64,000 nucleotides of DNA from a virus: positions 93,370 through 157,369 of IMG/VR virus record IMGVR_UViG_3300027801_002517, one strand, 5' to 3'. This document shows positions 60,589-64,000 of the stretch, one piece after another. Every line of letters begins with the position of its first letter. Position 1 is the first letter of the stretch. Position numbers and translations under genes: made by a program. Below the pieces are notes generated by a model. That model was not told the DNA's origin, made no database searches, and saw only the letters and a list, made by a program, of their open reading frames with translations.

Positions 60589-61554
60589 ATGGCACCTACA
60601 ATGAGAACTTCTGGCGTTATACTTGGTAATATCGCCGAACAATTAGCTAACAATAATGCGGGTTTGATATCTGCTGAAGATGTTCGTGGTAATATGGAGG
60701 ATATAGCATTCTCGATTAACAGTATTGTAGCCAGTGGTGATACAGATGTTCAATTTCCTTTCTTTAATGATGTGAGATTTAAACATTTAGGGACTCCAGG
60801 GGTTGGTGGTCGTGTTATTGCGGAGTCTGGAATTTTGTTTCCTAATTCACCAAATTCACCAGGAACATTACAGCGAGAAGCATATCCTGGTGCTGGCCAA
60901 ATTGATCATAACGATTTAACTGGTTTAAGTACTGGTGATCCACATACACAGTATGTACCAATTGGCGGTTGGACTACTGCTAATCGGCAAATGACTGGAA
61001 ATCTTGCTCTTGGCAATCAATGGGTTGGTGCTTCTGGTGACAATGGTAGAGGAATTAAATTTGCAGCGTTAGATAATGGAAATAATGAAGTAGATATTTT
61101 AGTGTCTGGTGATTTTGTCTTTGATGACAATTCTAAGATAAGTACCGGGTTTTCTGCTGCTAAAGCATGGTTGAATTTTGATGCCTCTGGAGTTGGTACA
61201 AGTTCCCCGGTTATTAATTCTTGGTATAATGTTAGCGGTATTGCAAAAAATGCTGTTGGTAAATTTACTATTACATTTAATTCTGGGGTTTTCGCTAATA
61301 ATCATTATGTAGCCATTGGTACAAGTAATGCAACAACCACTTCAGGCTCTAAAGAAGACATGGATGTTAATACTGTAGCTTGTGTTCTTAGGCATGGCAA
61401 CGATGATAATGATGGATTAAGAACCTGTACTTTTGTAATTCAAAATGATGCTGGTGAATATGTCGATGGTAAGATTAATGATTTTGTAGCTTATGGATAT
61501 GAACCAAGTGCGATTTCCGGTGCTGTTCCTACTATAGTCGGTTACGGTGGTTAA
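60589..61554 (+). CDS. Short fibre-like virion protein
   Basis: DH..L.GL..GDPHTQY, AKAWLNFD, YNVS.I....G.FTITF modules. Confidence 0.65.
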   Translation: MAPTMRTSGVILGNIAEQLANNNAGLISAEDVRGNMEDIAFSINSIVASGDTDVQFPFFNDVRFKHLGTPGVGGRVIAESGILFPNSPNSPGTLQREAYPGAGQIDHNDLTGLSTGDPHTQYVPIGGWTTANRQMTGNLALGNQWVGASGDNGRGIKFAALDNGNNEVDILVSGDFVFDDNSKISTGFSAAKAWLNFDASGVGTSSPVINSWYNVSGIAKNAVGKFTITFNSGVFANNHYVAIGTSNATTTSGSKEDMDVNTVACVLRHGNDDNDGLRTCTFVIQNDAGEYVDGKINDFVAYGYEPSAISGAVPTIVGYGG

Positions 61555-61581
61555 TCATATATTATAATAAAGGTAAGATAA

Positions 61582-64000
61582 ATGGCTTTTCCAGATACAG
61601 TTTTTCTACATGATAGAATAAAAGAAATTAGTCACTCTACTGGAGCTGGCAATCTCTCGTTGGATGGTGCTGCTACAGGCTTTGGTTCTTTTAGTGGTGT
61701 TTACTCAAGTGGAGATGCTATATTCTATGCGATTACTGATGGTACAAACTATGAGGTTGGTTCTGGTTACTATATAAATGATGGTAGTACTGATTCTATC
61801 GCAAGATTTGCTTTCAATAGTTCTAATAGTAATAATAATGTTATTTTTAATCCTGGCATCAAAGAAGTATTTGTAAGCTATCCTGGAGAATTTGCTTTAT
61901 TCTCTGCTGGTGGAATGGATGGGTTCACCCAGCCAGATGTCAGTGGTATGGCATTTTTTGGTAGTCAGCAGACAGTCGATTATTCTTCTAATGTTATATT
62001 TGATAAAAATAATAACAGAATAGGTATTGTTCAACCTGCCCCTTTATATTCTATTGATATTGGTGGTACTCCTGAAAAATCTTTAATGAGATCTTCTGGG
62101 GTTATTGTTGCAGAGTCTGGAATTATTTTCTCTGGTGTAAGTCCAACTCATACTTCTGCGTATTCAGGTGGTATTCAGTTAGAACCATTTATGAGGAATG
62201 AGTTAGATCCTACAACTGGATCTAATGCCATATTTTCTTTAAGTGGATTAGTTGACCAAAGAATTTTATTGAATACTCAAGTAAAAGGTTCTGTTTTTGC
62301 TGGTCCAGCAAGTGGCTGTATTGGTGCTGGTTGCAGTCCAGATTATCCGACATTTAGATATTTAGCATCGGAAGATATCCCAGATTTATCGCATTTATAT
62401 ACTGAACAGTTTGTTGACGCAGTTGGGAATGTACCGTATCAAGGAGATATCACTTACTATAAAGAGAGTGGTGTTCTCGATCATGATCATTTCTTTACCT
62501 GGGATGCAAGTAACAATCGTATTGGTATTAATAGAACAGATCCAGGTTTTACTTTGGATGTTGATGGTGATGCTTCTATTAGTGGTAATATGTATATTCA
62601 AAGTGATGCTGATATTGAAGGTCATCTTCATGTTAGTGGTAATGTCGTTATCAGTGGCAATCTTGATGTTCAGGGTGATCTAACATATATTGATAGTAGT
62701 ACTGTTACAATTTGGGATAAGCAATTAGAACTTGCTTCTATGAGTGGAACGGCCCTTTATGCAGATTCAGCACTTGATGACGCTGGTATTGTCATTAAGT
62801 CTACAAATTCCGATAAGAAATGGACTTGGCATGATTCTAATGATTCTTGGAGAACAGATGAGGGTGTGGGTGCAAGTGGTCATTTAGAGGTAAGTGGTCA
62901 CGTATCATTCGGTAATGATTTATTGGTAGCTAATACTACTACTGTCAGTGGAAATTTGAATGTAAGTGGTATATCTAACTTTAAGGGAGATGCATATTTC
63001 GTTAATGATATTACTACAAGTGGCAAATTAAATGTAAGTGGTATATCTATTTTCAATGAAGATTCATACTTTACAAGTAACGCTCCAGTTGTAATGAGTG
63101 GTACATTAGGGGTCTCTGGTGCTGTTGATTTTGATTCTACATTAAATGTAGATGGTGTAAGCACTCTTAACAGCACACTTGATGTGGACGGAGCAACGAC
63201 TCTCAACAACATACTTGATGTAGACGGGACGACAGCTCTACATAGTGATTTATCTGTGGGTGGTGATGTCATTGTTAGTGGTAATCTTGATATCCAAGGT
63301 GATGTGACATATATTGATAGCAGTACCGTTACGATTTGGGACAAGCAATTAGAACTTGGTTCTATGAGCGGAACAGCTCTTTATGGAGATTCACAACTTG
63401 ATGATGCTGGGATTGCTATCAAGTCTACAAATTACGATAAAAAATGGACTTGGAGAGATTCCAATGATTCTTGGAGAACAGATGAGGGCATTGGGGCAAG
63501 CGGTCTTTTAGAAGTCAGTGGTCATGCAACACTTGGTAATGACTTATTAGTAACTAATGATGCCACTGTTAGTGGTCTCTTTAATGCTAGTGGAAACTCT
63601 ACTTTTGACAACAATGTATTTGTGAAGGACGATACCTATACCGTTGGTAATGCTACAACCAGTGGAACGCTTAATACCAGTGGCAATGTGTTCTCCAACA
63701 GCGATACCTACACCGCTGGTAATTCTACGACCAGTGGAACGCTTAACACCAGTGGAAATGTATTCTCCAACAGCGATACCTACACCGCTGGTAATTCTAC
63801 GACCAGTGGAACGCTTAATACCAGTGGAAATGTATTCTCCAATAGCGATACCTATACCGTTGGTAATGCTACGACCAGTGGAAATGTATTCTCTCATAGC
63901 GATACCTATACCGTGGGTCATGCGACGACCAGCGGAACGCTTAATACCAGTGGCAATGTGTTCTCCAACAGCGATACCTACACCGCTGGTAATTCTACGA
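61582..64000 (+). CDS. Long tail fibre-like protein, runs off the right edge (not in ORF track)
   Basis: ATG at 61582 (MAFPDTVFLHDRIKEISHSTGAG...); paralogous N-terminus to 54292; the repeats at 63679 onward are in the same frame. Confidence 0.8.
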   Translation, partial: MAFPDTVFLHDRIKEISHSTGAGNLSLDGAATGFGSFSGVYSSGDAIFYAITDGTNYEVGSGYYINDGSTDSIARFAFNSSNSNNNVIFNPGIKEVFVSYPGEFALFSAGGMDGFTQPDVSGMAFFGSQQTVDYSSNVIFDKNNNRIGIVQPAPLYSIDIGGTPEKSLMRSSGVIVAESGIIFSGVSPTHTSAYSGGIQLEPFMRNELDPTTGSNAIFSLSGLVDQRILLNTQVKGSVFAGPASGCIGAGCSPDYPTFRYLASEDIPDLSHLYTEQFVDAVGNVPYQGDITYYKESGVLDHDHFFTWDASNNRIGINRTDPGFTLDVDGDASISGNMYIQSDADIEGHLHVSGNVVISGNLDVQGDLTYIDSSTVTIWDKQLELASMSGTALYADSALDDAGIVIKSTNSDKKWTWHDSNDSWRTDEGVGASGHLEVSGHVSFGNDLLVANTTTVSGNLNVSGISNFKGDAYFVNDITTSGKLNVSGISIFNEDSYFTSNAPVVMSGTLGVSGAVDFDSTLNVDGVSTLNSTLDVDGATTLNNILDVDGTTALHSDLSVGGDVIVSGNLDIQGDVTYIDSSTVTIWDKQLELGSMSGTALYGDSQLDDAGIAIKSTNYDKKWTWRDSNDSWRTDEGIGASGLLEVSGHATLGNDLLVTNDATVSGLFNASGNSTFDNNVFVKDDTYTVGNATTSGTLNTSGNVFSNSDTYTAGNSTTSGTLNTSGNVFSNSDTYTAGNSTTSGTLNTSGNVFSNSDTYTVGNATTSGNVFSHSDTYTVGHATTSGTLNTSGNVFSNSDTYTAGNST
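63610..64000 (+). repeat. Near-identical 72-bp coding tandem repeat (SGNVFSNSDTYTAGNSTTSGTLNT)
   Basis: Units at 63679, 63751, 63823, 63877 (the unit before it is 18 bp shorter) and 63949. Confidence 0.9.

Overview
A 64-kb segment of a large, AT-rich tailed dsDNA bacteriophage (Caudoviricetes); several proteins suggest a planctomycete host, which is my inference. It has three zones. (1) 1-20.5 kb, minus strand: metabolism and accessory genes (GT4 glycosyltransferase, ThyX, SSB, dCMP deaminase, cytidylyltransferase, thermonuclease, PMI-type cupin, HAD phosphatase, 5-formyl-THF cyclo-ligase, a DUF262-HNH / C5-methyltransferase / putative endonuclease cluster, YopX, DenV-like), plus a compact tmRNA and tRNAs. 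(2) 20.5-30.2 kb: an early-type region of small minus-strand genes behind a dozen near-consensus sigma70 promoters. It is punctuated by six copies of a rigid 78-bp element (two 25-bp palindromes starting exactly 53 bp apart) and bracketed by two candidate large structured ncRNAs. It also holds an iteron-like repeat block with an antisense promoter and a tRNA cluster. (3) 30.3-64 kb, plus strand: late genes (phage sigma factor, fatty-acid-hydroxylase-family protein, Gmd, HNH, ERCC4 nuclease, ClpP-like protein, terminase, portal, protease/scaffold, capsid, and many Ser-Gly-rich fibre or propeller proteins with an embedded GT2), preceded by a GTGTATAA late-promoter-like motif. The best candidates for undescribed systems are the paired-palindrome cassette array, the two structured RNAs, and a possible virion glycosylation system acting at Ser-Gly motifs. 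All protein calls come from motif recognition by eye; no database searches were run.
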